From positions 28,013-92,012 of the IMG/VR virus record IMGVR_UViG_3300037483_000742: a DNA stretch of 64,000 nucleotides. One strand, written 5' to 3'. Below, piece by piece: positions 27,090 through 36,589 of this stretch. Each line of letters begins with the position of its first letter. The first letter of the stretch is position 1. Both the position numbers and the translations under genes were made by a program. The notes under the pieces are model-generated. The model was not told the DNA's origin and did not search any database. It saw nothing but the letters and a program-made list of their open reading frames with translations. This DNA is from a virus.

Positions 27090-27299
27090 ATGGAAGCAAA
27101 AATAAAAGGAGAATGGACTTCTTACAATTATGCAATTGATTGTAGTCATACAGCTTTAGAAATAGTCAAACAAGGACTGAAAGAAGAAGGATATGAAGTA
27201 CAATATTTAGGAAAATCCAAAGCAATTAAAATTGGTGGAGAAGTACAACAACTCAAAAAGAGAAGTTTATTCTTCAACATTCATAAACCTGAAATTTAA
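27090..27299 (+). CDS. Hypothetical protein
   Basis: 69 aa ORF. Confidence 0.5.
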   Translation: MEAKIKGEWTSYNYAIDCSHTALEIVKQGLKEEGYEVQYLGKSKAIKIGGEVQQLKKRSLFFNIHKPEI

Positions 27300-27303
27300 T
27301 TTT

Positions 27304-27480
27304 ATGTCAAAACCAGAAGTAAGAGCAGTATTTCCGTACATAATATTGCTTTTAGCAATGTCCACAGTATCTTTTTTGTTTGGAGTTTTCTATCAAAATA
27401 GTAAAGAAACAAACCACAAAATACAAATCATTCATCAAGATAGCATACCAAACTTTGAAGAAGAGTTTCAAAACTTTTAG
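27304..27480 (+). CDS. Small membrane protein
   Basis: Likely start ATG 27304; one TM helix. Confidence 0.5.
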   Translation: MSKPEVRAVFPYIILLLAMSTVSFLFGVFYQNSKETNHKIQIIHQDSIPNFEEEFQNF

Positions 27481-27501
27481 ATGTGGATGGTCTAAATAGG
27501 T

Positions 27502-27544
27502 AGAGCCTTGATTCTGTTTTAGGACAGGATCAAGGTTCTTTTTT
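27502..27544 (+). terminator. Rho-independent terminator
   Basis: AGAGCCTTGATTCTGT-TTTAGG-ACAGGATCAAGGTTCT-TTTTT. Confidence 0.75.
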
Positions 27545-27578
27545 ACATCCAATTATTAATCACTAAAAATCATCCACT

Positions 27579-27986
27579 ATGAAAAATTTATTTTTAATTA
27601 TGATACTTTTAGTAGTATCAATTGTACAAGGACAAGAGACTTTAAACAGACCTTATCATACAACTTCAGAAATCTATAAACCTAATTCAGAAGGTGAATA
27701 TGTATTTCATAAAGTAGAAGCAAATGTAGGAGCTTTAAGATTTGTTATCAATGATAGTCTTCTTATTAGAAAACTATCTGATGCTGATGGTAATCTTATT
27801 GAAACTACAATCTATGATGTGATTAGCATTGAAGAAGTTGTAGGTAAGAGAACTTATAAACTCATGTATAATAATGAGATTTATTATTTTGAAGTCTATG
27901 ATGAAAACTACAATGAAATATTGTGGAAACTTCCATCAGATATTGTAAAAATCATTTCAGGAGATATAGTTATTGATATTGACTAA
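27579..27986 (+). CDS. Secreted/periplasmic beta-rich protein
   Basis: Signal peptide MKNLFLIMILLVVSIVQG|Q (Bacteroidota-type Gln at +1). Confidence 0.65.
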   Translation: MKNLFLIMILLVVSIVQGQETLNRPYHTTSEIYKPNSEGEYVFHKVEANVGALRFVINDSLLIRKLSDADGNLIETTIYDVISIEEVVGKRTYKLMYNNEIYYFEVYDENYNEILWKLPSDIVKIISGDIVIDID

Positions 27987-27996
27987 TTCTTCTGTT

Positions 27997-28200
27997 ATGG
28001 AAAAATTAAAATTTGTAAAGATTACCACAACTAGAACTGAAGTTCATTATGAAACCTGTGGTAATATGTTATGCGAGTATTGCGAATACCACCAACAAAC
28101 TTTAGGAACATTATTTATATCTGGCTACCAACAAAAAATGATTGGACCTTATCAAGCTATTGTTCCTATTGGAAAAAGAATGTATACTAATTTAAACTAA
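27997..28200 (+). CDS. Small Cys-containing protein
   Basis: Likely start 27997; CGNMLCEYC. Confidence 0.45.
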   Translation: MEKLKFVKITTTRTEVHYETCGNMLCEYCEYHQQTLGTLFISGYQQKMIGPYQAIVPIGKRMYTNLN

Positions 28201-28296
28201 TCAAAATGAGCCAAGAAAGAAAAAGATTCTTAGCACATGTTGAAATTAACATGGCATTGAATCAAATTAAAAACAACGTTTTCAATTTTTAAAACT

Positions 28297-28671
28297 ATGA
28301 GAAAAGCAATTTTTATGTTAACTTTGCTAGTATTAACTACAGCATGTAACAAAGAGAAAATCAATATGAAAGAATACAACGGTGATCCAGTAAGTGTAAT
28401 TTTTGACTGTCCTGAAATTGATGGAAGTTTGAAAATTGAAATGACTGTGGAGTACAAAGATGTCCAGGGAGGAACAAGTGATGTAACTCTTACAACTGTT
28501 TCTGGAAGTTCATTTGCAACCAATGCAGATGTTAAGAAGATTGTAATTGATCTTACTGCTACAGGTACAGCAAAAGTATCACATAGAGTCAACATAAACG
28601 GAGTAGATGAAGAAACAAGTCCTCTTATTACTGTCAGTAATTCTTCTGCACAGTTTATTTACACTTTCTAG
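28297..28671 (+). CDS. Lipoprotein
   Basis: MRKAIFMLTLLVLTTA-C lipobox; beta-rich mature domain. Confidence 0.7.
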   Translation: MRKAIFMLTLLVLTTACNKEKINMKEYNGDPVSVIFDCPEIDGSLKIEMTVEYKDVQGGTSDVTLTTVSGSSFATNADVKKIVIDLTATGTAKVSHRVNINGVDEETSPLITVSNSSAQFIYTF

Positions 28672-29122
28672 TTGCAAAAAATCACAGACTACAATATTTG
28701 TCATAGGCAGTGAAAAATCTGCCTATGACACTATTTATTTAGATACAGCTACAACCTATAATGCTGTATCAAGTCAGTGTGACAGTACTCCATTAAATAC
28801 AGCAGATGGTTCTTTAATAAATTTATGGAAACTCAAAAACAAAGAAATTAGATGGGTAGCGTTAAGCAGAGATTTAATTTATTGTGAGTTAAGACAAACT
28901 TTATTTAAAGATACAAATCATTGGAGAGGACCATTTAGATTTGGAGACACTATAAATGTTTCTAGTAAATTGCGTCCTGATTTTAATGGTAAGTGGGTAG
29001 TACATGATTGTAAAGCTGCAAAGTATCGAAATCATATAGACTTTCTATTTGATCCTCAAAACAACAAACCTAAATTAGGTATAGGTAAAGATTTCATAAT
29101 AACATATTCAAATGACAACTAA
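28607..29122 (+). CDS. 3D-domain (double-psi beta-barrel) lytic transglycosylase-like lipoprotein
   Basis: LSS-C lipobox; TATTYNA...QCDSTP..TADG, WVALSRDL, FGDTI, WVVHD, IDFL. Confidence 0.75.
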   Translation: MKKQVLLLLSVILLHSLFTLSSCKKSQTTIFVIGSEKSAYDTIYLDTATTYNAVSSQCDSTPLNTADGSLINLWKLKNKEIRWVALSRDLIYCELRQTLFKDTNHWRGPFRFGDTINVSSKLRPDFNGKWVVHDCKAAKYRNHIDFLFDPQNNKPKLGIGKDFIITYSNDN

Positions 29123-29477
29123 GAAAGAAGAAAAGAAAACTCCTAAGAAAAAACCAGGAGTTAAAAAGATTAAAGTAGAAGAAAAAGAAGCTAAAGTAAA
29201 AATTCCTAAACCAAAACATCAAGGTGCTGTTCTTATGACAGATATTGAAGTTGCTGAACATAGGATGATGAAAAGTAAGTTTCCTTCTTATCCAAGTTTT
29301 CCAAGAGTTATGAATGGAGATCATTACAACTTAAAGAAAGCTAGTTATAATGATGGTCTTTTAGCTTCTGTTTTAAGAGGTTTCAGAAAAAGAGTTTCTA
29401 ATTGGAAAAATGCTAATATTCAATTAATGGTTGAAACAATTGGCAACATGTTAGAAGAAAAATATTCAAAAGCATAG
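29112..29477 (+). CDS. Hypothetical basic protein
   Basis: 121 aa, Lys-rich N-terminus. Confidence 0.55.
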   Translation: MTTKKEEKKTPKKKPGVKKIKVEEKEAKVKIPKPKHQGAVLMTDIEVAEHRMMKSKFPSYPSFPRVMNGDHYNLKKASYNDGLLASVLRGFRKRVSNWKNANIQLMVETIGNMLEEKYSKA

Positions 29478-29552
29478 GTAGCTGTACACTGCCTTTAGAA
29501 CTAAAGTACAAAACTTTCCAACCAATATATCACAATTCAAATTTTTAAGATT

Positions 29553-30185
29553 ATGACTACAAAACAAGATTCAATCCGTAAAGAGACAGCTAAATCTCCA
29601 CTTTCAGTATCAAGAGTATACAAAGGAGATTTCCAGAAATCTGGAACTTTGACTGCTGAGATCAAACAGACTGTGGAAACTATCAGCCATTATCCTGCAC
29701 AAGTTGTTGTAGACAGCTTGCAAGATAACATCTTCTCAACTAAAGACTTCAAATTTGAAGAAAAAAAATTTGAGAATAAAGAAGTACGTGTAGCCTGGAT
29801 TGATGTTCCAGAAGGTTTGAATGAAGAACAAGTACGTGAAAAACTTGCTTCTTTTAAAGCTGCAAACCTGTACCGTATTTTGTCTAACAGACCAATTTTG
29901 TCTGACAGACAACAACATGCAATTGATAATCCAGAATTACCACAAGTAACTATGGACACTTTTGCAAATGCACAAGCAGTAAGATACCCTGAAAATCATC
30001 CAAATGCAGGAGCTTTAGCTCTTGACAAAAATGGTAAAATCCAGTACAGAGGTATTTTCTTTGCTTCACAAGGTTCTGAAGATAAAGATATGAGAACAGC
30101 AGACCTTGCTGATTTCTACGCTTCAGAAGCTCTTACAGCAGAATTGACAGGTTCTGCTCATGTAGTAGGAGGTCAACAAATCTAA
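29553..30185 (+). CDS. Hypothetical protein, probably highly expressed
   Basis: 210 aa, CGT and C-ending codon use as in MCP; followed by a terminator. Confidence 0.7.
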   Translation: MTTKQDSIRKETAKSPLSVSRVYKGDFQKSGTLTAEIKQTVETISHYPAQVVVDSLQDNIFSTKDFKFEEKKFENKEVRVAWIDVPEGLNEEQVREKLASFKAANLYRILSNRPILSDRQQHAIDNPELPQVTMDTFANAQAVRYPENHPNAGALALDKNGKIQYRGIFFASQGSEDKDMRTADLADFYASEALTAELTGSAHVVGGQQI

Positions 30186-30192
30186 TCATATT

Positions 30193-30228
30193 ACAGGATG
30201 TTCAAATTCTTTGGACATCCTGTTTTTT
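30193..30228 (+). terminator. Rho-independent terminator
   Basis: ACAGGATGTTCAA-ATTC-TTGGACATCCTGT-TTTTT. Confidence 0.7.
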
Positions 30229-30263
30229 ATTTTCTATCTTTTTCAACCTTAAATAAAAAATTT

Positions 30264-31556
30264 ATGTTAACACCACATCAACAAGATGTTCACCAGCAGT
30301 CTTTGAATATATTACAAGAATCAGATAGATTATTAATCAAAGGTTCAGCAGGAGTAGGAAAAACCTTTTTAGTAAATGAATTAATTAACCATCTGCCTCC
30401 AGGAAGAGTTATTTGTTCTGCTCCTACCAACAAAGCTGTTAGAGTTTTAATGGAAAAAGTTCCTTCTAAAAGAGCAGAATTTGCTACTACACATTCTGCT
30501 TTAAAATTGAAAAGAAAAATACATCCTAAAACAGGAGTAATATCTTTTGTGCCTGAATACAGGGATGATGATCCACCTTTAAGAGGAGTAAGTTATATGG
30601 TTATTGATGAAGCATCAATGCTAAATACTGAGCTTCTAAAATATCTTGAAGAACATGCAGCAGGTGATCCATTTAAGAAAGCAGTTAAATTGATTTTTAT
30701 TGGTGATCCTAAACAATTACCACCAGTAAAAGAAAAGGTATCACCTGTTTTTACAGCTAATTATCCTACAGTAGAGCTGACTGAAATTATCAGACAAAAA
30801 GGAGGAAATCCAGTTATTGATTTAAGTAGAGATATTTATCCTAAACTGAGAGCAAAGCAAGATAGTTATAATCCAGAAAGTATGGAAGGCTATCTTTTTT
30901 CAAATGATCTACCAAAAATTATTGCTACTCTAGCAAGTGTTAATGGAACTGATGAAGTCAAATATTTAGCCTGGACAAATAAAGAAGTAGATGAAATCAA
31001 TAAGAGAGTAAGAAATACAATTTATGGTACTCCTGCAAAAGTTGAATTAGGAGAAACACTTGTATTTAATGCTCCTTATGGAGATAAATATTTTACCAAT
31101 GAAGAAGTAGTTGTCAAAGAAATTCAATTAGGAGAAGTAAAAGTTTATCATACATTTGCTACTAGTGGTTTTGGAGCTGGAGATAGTCAGACAATTATGT
31201 TGAAGGTTTACAGAATTAATCCAGGAGATTATACTCTAAGTGCAATTCATCCTTCAGGTATTCTTGTAATTCATGAAGATTCTCAGGAGATATATGACAA
31301 CATCATAAAAGATTTTGCAAAACAATGCACTCTTAGAACTCTTTATTGGAAAGATTATTATCAATTCATGGAACAGTTTGCAGATATGAAATACAATCAT
31401 GCAATCACAGTACATAAAAGTCAAGGTAGTAGTTATGAAAAAACTATTGTCAATGTTGCAAATATCTCTTTAAACAGAGATATAGAAGAAAAACAAAAGA
31501 TGTTATATACAGCTATAACAAGAACCTCTAACCTTTTAATTTTATACAATGCCTAA
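30264..31556 (+). CDS. Dda/RecD-like SF1B DNA helicase
   Basis: GSAGVGKT, SAPTNKA, IDEASM, IGDPKQLPPV, LTEIIRQ, AITVHKSQGS, YTAITR; start moved to ATG 30264. Confidence 0.9.
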   Translation: MLTPHQQDVHQQSLNILQESDRLLIKGSAGVGKTFLVNELINHLPPGRVICSAPTNKAVRVLMEKVPSKRAEFATTHSALKLKRKIHPKTGVISFVPEYRDDDPPLRGVSYMVIDEASMLNTELLKYLEEHAAGDPFKKAVKLIFIGDPKQLPPVKEKVSPVFTANYPTVELTEIIRQKGGNPVIDLSRDIYPKLRAKQDSYNPESMEGYLFSNDLPKIIATLASVNGTDEVKYLAWTNKEVDEINKRVRNTIYGTPAKVELGETLVFNAPYGDKYFTNEEVVVKEIQLGEVKVYHTFATSGFGAGDSQTIMLKVYRINPGDYTLSAIHPSGILVIHEDSQEIYDNIIKDFAKQCTLRTLYWKDYYQFMEQFADMKYNHAITVHKSQGSSYEKTIVNVANISLNRDIEEKQKMLYTAITRTSNLLILYNA

Positions 31557-31854
31557 CAACACTATTAAAAACCAAAAACCCTTTGAAGTAGAGGTAGTTG
31601 TTCACGATATTTCAGAGTTAATCACCATTGAAAGGAAAGATAACAGAGACATGAAGAAAATCATGGTTACTCTAGAAACTACAGATGGTCAAGTACTATT
31701 TGCAGAATTAAGAAATAACAAAATTGATTTGATGAATAAAGTAAAATTAGCTGTAAAGGATAAAGTTACTGTGTCTTTCACTTTTCAAGGTTCTCAAAAA
31801 AAGGACAAAAAATACAACAACATTTACATTGTAGACATTAAAAAGCAAAAATAA
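31549..31854 (+). CDS. DUF3127-like OB-fold ssDNA-binding protein
   Basis: 101 aa; DKVTVSFTFQGS...KYNNIYIVDI pattern. Confidence 0.55.
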   Translation: MPNNTIKNQKPFEVEVVVHDISELITIERKDNRDMKKIMVTLETTDGQVLFAELRNNKIDLMNKVKLAVKDKVTVSFTFQGSQKKDKKYNNIYIVDIKKQK

Positions 31855-32219
31855 TGAACGTTATATTAAGTCCAAAAGAAAAAGAAAGATTTCAAGCCAT
31901 GTCTGAGCCAGAAAAACAAATTTTCATGCAAGATAAAGCAGACAAATTGGAGAAACTATCAATAAAAACAGCAGTATTGACTATGTTGTTGGTAGAATCT
32001 TTAGATGAAATTGAAATGTACAATTTGTTCAGACACAAATTAAAGAAGACTAGTAAGATGTACAAATCAGAACTAGAATCTTATATGAATGAATTATTCA
32101 AAACTGACACACTTACTGACAATGAAGAACGTAGAGTAAACACATCAGATTTTATAATGCATTCATCTAAAGCTGTAGATGAAGAAGTTGAAAAAGTATT
32201 AACCCTTTTAATGCAATAA
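31854..32219 (+). CDS. Hypothetical helical protein
   Basis: 121 aa ORF, TAATG coupling with the previous gene. Confidence 0.6.
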   Translation: MNVILSPKEKERFQAMSEPEKQIFMQDKADKLEKLSIKTAVLTMLLVESLDEIEMYNLFRHKLKKTSKMYKSELESYMNELFKTDTLTDNEERRVNTSDFIMHSSKAVDEEVEKVLTLLMQ

Positions 32220-32223
32220 AATT

Positions 32224-32622
32224 ATGGAAGGAAAAGAATATCAAGAAAAAGCTTTAAGAACAGAATCAAATGATTTTGAAGCTATTAGACAAAGATTACA
32301 TGATGAAAAAACTATCAGGTTATTGCATGTAGGAATTGGAATGGCAACAGAAGCTGCTGAAATTTTAGATGCTTTGAAGAAACATATCTTCTATGGAAAA
32401 CCTTTAGATGAAGTAAATATTTCTGAAGAGATTGGAGATAGTCAATGGTATGCTGCAATTGGAGCTGATGCTTTAGGTACAACATTACCTAATATCCAGG
32501 AAACTAATATCAATAAATTGATAGCAAGATACCCTGCAAAATTCACAGAAGAAAAAGCTGAAAACAGAGATTTAGCTCAAGAAAGAAAAGTTCTTGAAGA
32601 AGGGAAGAAAAATGAAAGTTAA
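32224..32622 (+). CDS. mazG: MazG-like nucleoside triphosphate pyrophosphohydrolase
   Basis: GMATEAAEILD..KKH.FYG...EEIGDSQWY...NINKLIARYP. Confidence 0.85.
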   Translation: MEGKEYQEKALRTESNDFEAIRQRLHDEKTIRLLHVGIGMATEAAEILDALKKHIFYGKPLDEVNISEEIGDSQWYAAIGADALGTTLPNIQETNINKLIARYPAKFTEEKAENRDLAQERKVLEEGKKNES

Positions 32623-32812
32623 GAAAATTTTTATCAGTATAATTGATGGATTAATGTCAGTTTTAGTAGTAATTGCTTTATTAATAGTAGCTACTTACAT
32701 TTCTCTTAAAATAAAACACGAATTTGAACTGCAACCAATTGAAAACCTTATTTTAAATATAGGTTTAGGGTTTGTTGTTTACAGGATGCATAAATTATTG
32801 AATAAATCTTAA
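32612..32812 (+). CDS. Small two-TM membrane protein
   Basis: Likely start 32612; two hydrophobic helices. Confidence 0.5.
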   Translation: MKVKKIFISIIDGLMSVLVVIALLIVATYISLKIKHEFELQPIENLILNIGLGFVVYRMHKLLNKS

Positions 32813-32822
32813 AAGATTAGTT

Positions 32823-34724
32823 ATGAAGTACACAGTATTCGATTTAGAGAGTGATGGTTTATTAGATATAGTAACAAAGATACATTGTCTGAGTTACAGA
32901 ATTTTTGATAGTAAACAGTTACTATATTCTGGTACTATAACTGATTATGAAGAAATGAAGAAATTTATTATGGCTCAAGAAATTCTTGTGGGCCATAATA
33001 TAATTCTTTATGATGTTCCTGTGATCAGAAAGATACTTCATATAGACCCCCTGGCTGAATTAATTGACTCTTTGGGATTGTCCTGGTACTTATCCCCAAT
33101 TAAAGGCTTTAAGCATGGTTTAGAAGCTTGGGGAGAAAGGTTTGGTATTCCTAAACCAGTTATTAAGGATTGGAATAATCTGACTATTCAGGAATATATT
33201 CATAGATGTGAAGAGGATGTTAAGATAAATTCTAGACTTATCCATGAAACTTTAGACTACATGATGGAAATCTATGGAGATTTTGATCAAGTTAAGAGAG
33301 CAATAGCTTACAATAGATTTAAATTGGAATGTTTGAAAGAGCAACAAGAAAATGGTATAACTTTAGATCAAAGACTTGCAGAAGAAAGCAGAATGAATTT
33401 AGAGTTTGAAATTGAAGAGAAAGTTTCAAAACTCTCTAAAATGATGCCAGCTATTGAAGATAAAAAAGCTCCTAAAAAAATGTACAAGAAAGATGGAACT
33501 TTATCTGCACATGGAGAAAAATGGAAAGTTTACACTGAATCAAAAGGTCTTACTGTTGAAGCTGAGAAAACATATTTGCCAGGAAATCCTGGCTCTAATG
33601 ATCAACTTAAAAATTGGTTGTTTTCTTATGGCTGGAAACCTCAAACTTTCAAAGTATCAAAAGCTACAAAGAAAAGATTAGCACAAGTTTCTCTTCCTTT
33701 TGGAGGGGGTTTATGCCCAAGTGTAATTGAATTAATTGAACAACATCCTGAATTGAAAGAGTTAGAAGGCTTCTTTGTTGCAAGACATAGAGCAGGTCTT
33801 TTTAAATCATTCTTAGAAAATATGGATGATAAAGGTTTGATTTATTCTACAGCACAAGGATTTACTAATACTTACAGAATGCAGCATTCTAAGCCAATTG
33901 CTAATTTGCCAGGAGTAGATAAATTCTATGGTAAAGAAGTGAGAGGTTGTATTGCAGTTCCTGATGAAAGTTATGAGATGGTTGGAAGTGATATTTCTGG
34001 ATTGGAGGATAATACTAAACAACATTACATGTATTTCTACGATCCTGACTATGTTAATGAAATGAGAATCCCAGGATTTGATCCTCACATAGATATTGCT
34101 GTTTTTGCTGGTCTAATGACAGAAGAACAAGCTAGTAGGTTCAAAGAATTAAATGCTAAAGTAGAAAATGAAGAAACTTTAACTCCTGAAGAAAAAACAG
34201 AATTTAAAGCACTCAAATTAATCAGAGGAAATGCAAAGGTAGTAAACTTCTCAGGAGTATATGGAGCAGGACCACCTAAGATGGCAGAGACTTTGAAGAG
34301 TGATTTAGCATTTGCAGAAAAACTACATACTGCTTACTGGAAAAGAAATTCCTCAGTGAAAAAAGTAGCTAAGAATTGTAAAGTTGCTAAAGTTAGAAAT
34401 CAAGCTTGGTTATACAATCCTGTTTCTGGTCTTTGGATGTTTCTAAAAGAAGATAAAGATAGATTTAGTACTTTGAATCAGAGTACTGGAGTTTATGTTT
34501 TTGACACTTGGATGAAATATGTTAGAAGAAGATTGAATCCAATGGGAATTAAAATTCTACTACAATATCATGATGAACTTTTGATACAGTACAAAAAGGA
34601 ATTTAAAACTGTAGTAGCTATGCATTTAAAAGAAGCTATGATTGAAGCTAATGAAGAACTTCAATTGAATGTGAAAATAGAAATTAGTAGCAACTTTGGT
34701 AAAAATTATGCAGAATGCCATTAG
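32823..34724 (+). CDS. polA: DNA polymerase family A with 3'-5' exonuclease
   Basis: ExoI FDLESDG, ExoII GHNIILYD, ExoIII RCEEDV; motif A GSDISGLE, motif B RGNAKVVNFSGVYG (Phe at the E. coli 762-equivalent), motif C QYHDE. Confidence 0.93.
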   Translation: MKYTVFDLESDGLLDIVTKIHCLSYRIFDSKQLLYSGTITDYEEMKKFIMAQEILVGHNIILYDVPVIRKILHIDPLAELIDSLGLSWYLSPIKGFKHGLEAWGERFGIPKPVIKDWNNLTIQEYIHRCEEDVKINSRLIHETLDYMMEIYGDFDQVKRAIAYNRFKLECLKEQQENGITLDQRLAEESRMNLEFEIEEKVSKLSKMMPAIEDKKAPKKMYKKDGTLSAHGEKWKVYTESKGLTVEAEKTYLPGNPGSNDQLKNWLFSYGWKPQTFKVSKATKKRLAQVSLPFGGGLCPSVIELIEQHPELKELEGFFVARHRAGLFKSFLENMDDKGLIYSTAQGFTNTYRMQHSKPIANLPGVDKFYGKEVRGCIAVPDESYEMVGSDISGLEDNTKQHYMYFYDPDYVNEMRIPGFDPHIDIAVFAGLMTEEQASRFKELNAKVENEETLTPEEKTEFKALKLIRGNAKVVNFSGVYGAGPPKMAETLKSDLAFAEKLHTAYWKRNSSVKKVAKNCKVAKVRNQAWLYNPVSGLWMFLKEDKDRFSTLNQSTGVYVFDTWMKYVRRRLNPMGIKILLQYHDELLIQYKKEFKTVVAMHLKEAMIEANEELQLNVKIEISSNFGKNYAECH

Positions 34725-34951
34725 ACAACTTCTTTACAGAAATTGCTGCAATAGCAGCTCCAGTAGGTCATACTATTCCTGACCTTAATGAAATATATGA
34801 TAGATTCTTAGATCAAGGTAAGATTCCTCATGTATTACTAAATGAAGGAAATGAACTTTTTGATTCTATGTATAAAACAAAACCTCAAGGAATTGTGTTA
34901 TATCATGTATTAATAGTATTAGTATATAACCCTGAAAATTTTAAGTCATGA
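34715..34951 (+). CDS. Hypothetical protein
   Basis: 78 aa, overlapping both neighbours. Confidence 0.5.
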   Translation: MPLDNFFTEIAAIAAPVGHTIPDLNEIYDRFLDQGKIPHVLLNEGNELFDSMYKTKPQGIVLYHVLIVLVYNPENFKS

Positions 34952-36072
34952 CAAATGCAGAGAAATCCCAATTACAAAAAGAAGTGTTAGATTTTCTTCC
35001 ACCTCAACCTTCAGGTAGATTATTATTAGCTCCAAGAATAGGTAAAACTAAAATTGGAATTGATTTGATCAAAAGAGAAGAGCCAAATTCTATTCTATGG
35101 GTTACACCTTCTGCTGAGTTAGCTACAGTGGATATTCCTGAAGAATTTGAAAAATGGGGAGCAAAAAAATACCTCAACAAATTGACTACTGTAACTTGGA
35201 AAAGTTTAGATACTATTACAGGAACTTATAATATGATCATCTTAGATGAAGATCAACATGCAACTCCTAATAATGTTGTGAACTTATTCAACAAAAGTTT
35301 AGTTGGACATACTATTATCAGTATGACAGGTACAGCTTCAAAAGACAGATTGAAAAATCAAATATTTACTCTTTTAAAACTGGAAGTTATTTATGAATTG
35401 AGTTTAGGACAAGCAGTAGATTTAGGTTTACTTGCCAATTACAAGATCAATGTTATAACTACCAGAATGAGTACCACCAGAAATTTAACAGCAGGTACTA
35501 AGGAGAAGCCATTTTTGACCTCAGAAGTTTCTAACTATGAGTATTTGACTAAAGCTGTTGATAAAGCTACTGGTAAAAACAAACAATTTAAGATACTTAA
35601 TAGAATGAGAGCAATAAAAAATTCTCCTGCAAAACTTGCAGTTGCTCAACAGCTACTAGGTATTTTAGGAGGAAGAAGATTGATATTTTCTGCAACTATT
35701 GAACAGTCAAAAAAGTTATCTCAATTCACTTATAACAGTAAAACAGATAATAAAGATTTGATATTGTTTAAGGAAGGAAAAATTAACAGTCTTGCTCTAG
35801 TTAATAGTGGTGGAACAGGATTTACTTACAAAGCAATAGATCATTTAGTTGTAGTGCAAGGAGATTCTGATAATAATGGATTGACATCTCAAAAAATCGC
35901 CAGGACATTGTTAGATCAGCCTGATTACAAAGCTACAATTTGGATGATTTGTTTATTAGGAACACAAGATGTGAAATGGATAGAATCTACTTTGCAGAGA
36001 TTTGATAAAAGTAAAATTGAGTTTTTAGATTTTGATGAATTTAAAAAAACTTGGAATGGAAATAAATCCTAA
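34948..36072 (+). CDS. Superfamily 2 helicase (UvsW/RAD25-like, divergent)
   Basis: APRIGKT, IILDEDQH, SMTGT, GTGFT, QKIART. Confidence 0.75.
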   Translation: MTNAEKSQLQKEVLDFLPPQPSGRLLLAPRIGKTKIGIDLIKREEPNSILWVTPSAELATVDIPEEFEKWGAKKYLNKLTTVTWKSLDTITGTYNMIILDEDQHATPNNVVNLFNKSLVGHTIISMTGTASKDRLKNQIFTLLKLEVIYELSLGQAVDLGLLANYKINVITTRMSTTRNLTAGTKEKPFLTSEVSNYEYLTKAVDKATGKNKQFKILNRMRAIKNSPAKLAVAQQLLGILGGRRLIFSATIEQSKKLSQFTYNSKTDNKDLILFKEGKINSLALVNSGGTGFTYKAIDHLVVVQGDSDNNGLTSQKIARTLLDQPDYKATIWMICLLGTQDVKWIESTLQRFDKSKIEFLDFDEFKKTWNGNKS

Positions 36073-36589
36073 AATAATTGAAATCCTCAAAGAATTTAAA
36101 ATTTTACCTGATGATGGTTTAGGTTATCTTCTTGCTGTATATTATGGTCACAGACCTACATATATTCCTGAAGGTATTAGATTGAGAGTTAATGCTACTA
36201 AAATAGTAGAGTATTCGGAAACAGAGGGATATAAATGGAACATCCCTCTGTACAAAGGTGCTGAAGTTGCTTTTGATTGGGTTAAGACAGAATTTATTCC
36301 TTTGTTCAGTGCTGTAAACTCTACTAGAAGTGGTAAAGTAAAAGAAACTACAGCTAGAATGAAGAAATTTTTTGCTAATAATCCTCACAGGAGAAAAGAG
36401 GATGTGATAGAGGCTACAAAAATGTACCTGTTAAATACAGATGCAAAATACATAAAGTTTCCTCATTATTTTATTGAAAAAGGAAGTGGAGCTGTAAAGG
36501 AATCAACTTTAGAAGATTGGTTAGAAAAATATGATATTAGTCTAACAGCTTCTGAAGGAAGAAATAGTGTACAAAATACTATGCAATAA
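36056..36589 (+). CDS. Putative replication initiator / helicase-loader-like protein
   Basis: Likely start 36056; EDVIEATKMYL...YIKFPHYFI; directly upstream of DnaB. Confidence 0.45.
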   Translation: MEINPKIIEILKEFKILPDDGLGYLLAVYYGHRPTYIPEGIRLRVNATKIVEYSETEGYKWNIPLYKGAEVAFDWVKTEFIPLFSAVNSTRSGKVKETTARMKKFFANNPHRRKEDVIEATKMYLLNTDAKYIKFPHYFIEKGSGAVKESTLEDWLEKYDISLTASEGRNSVQNTMQ

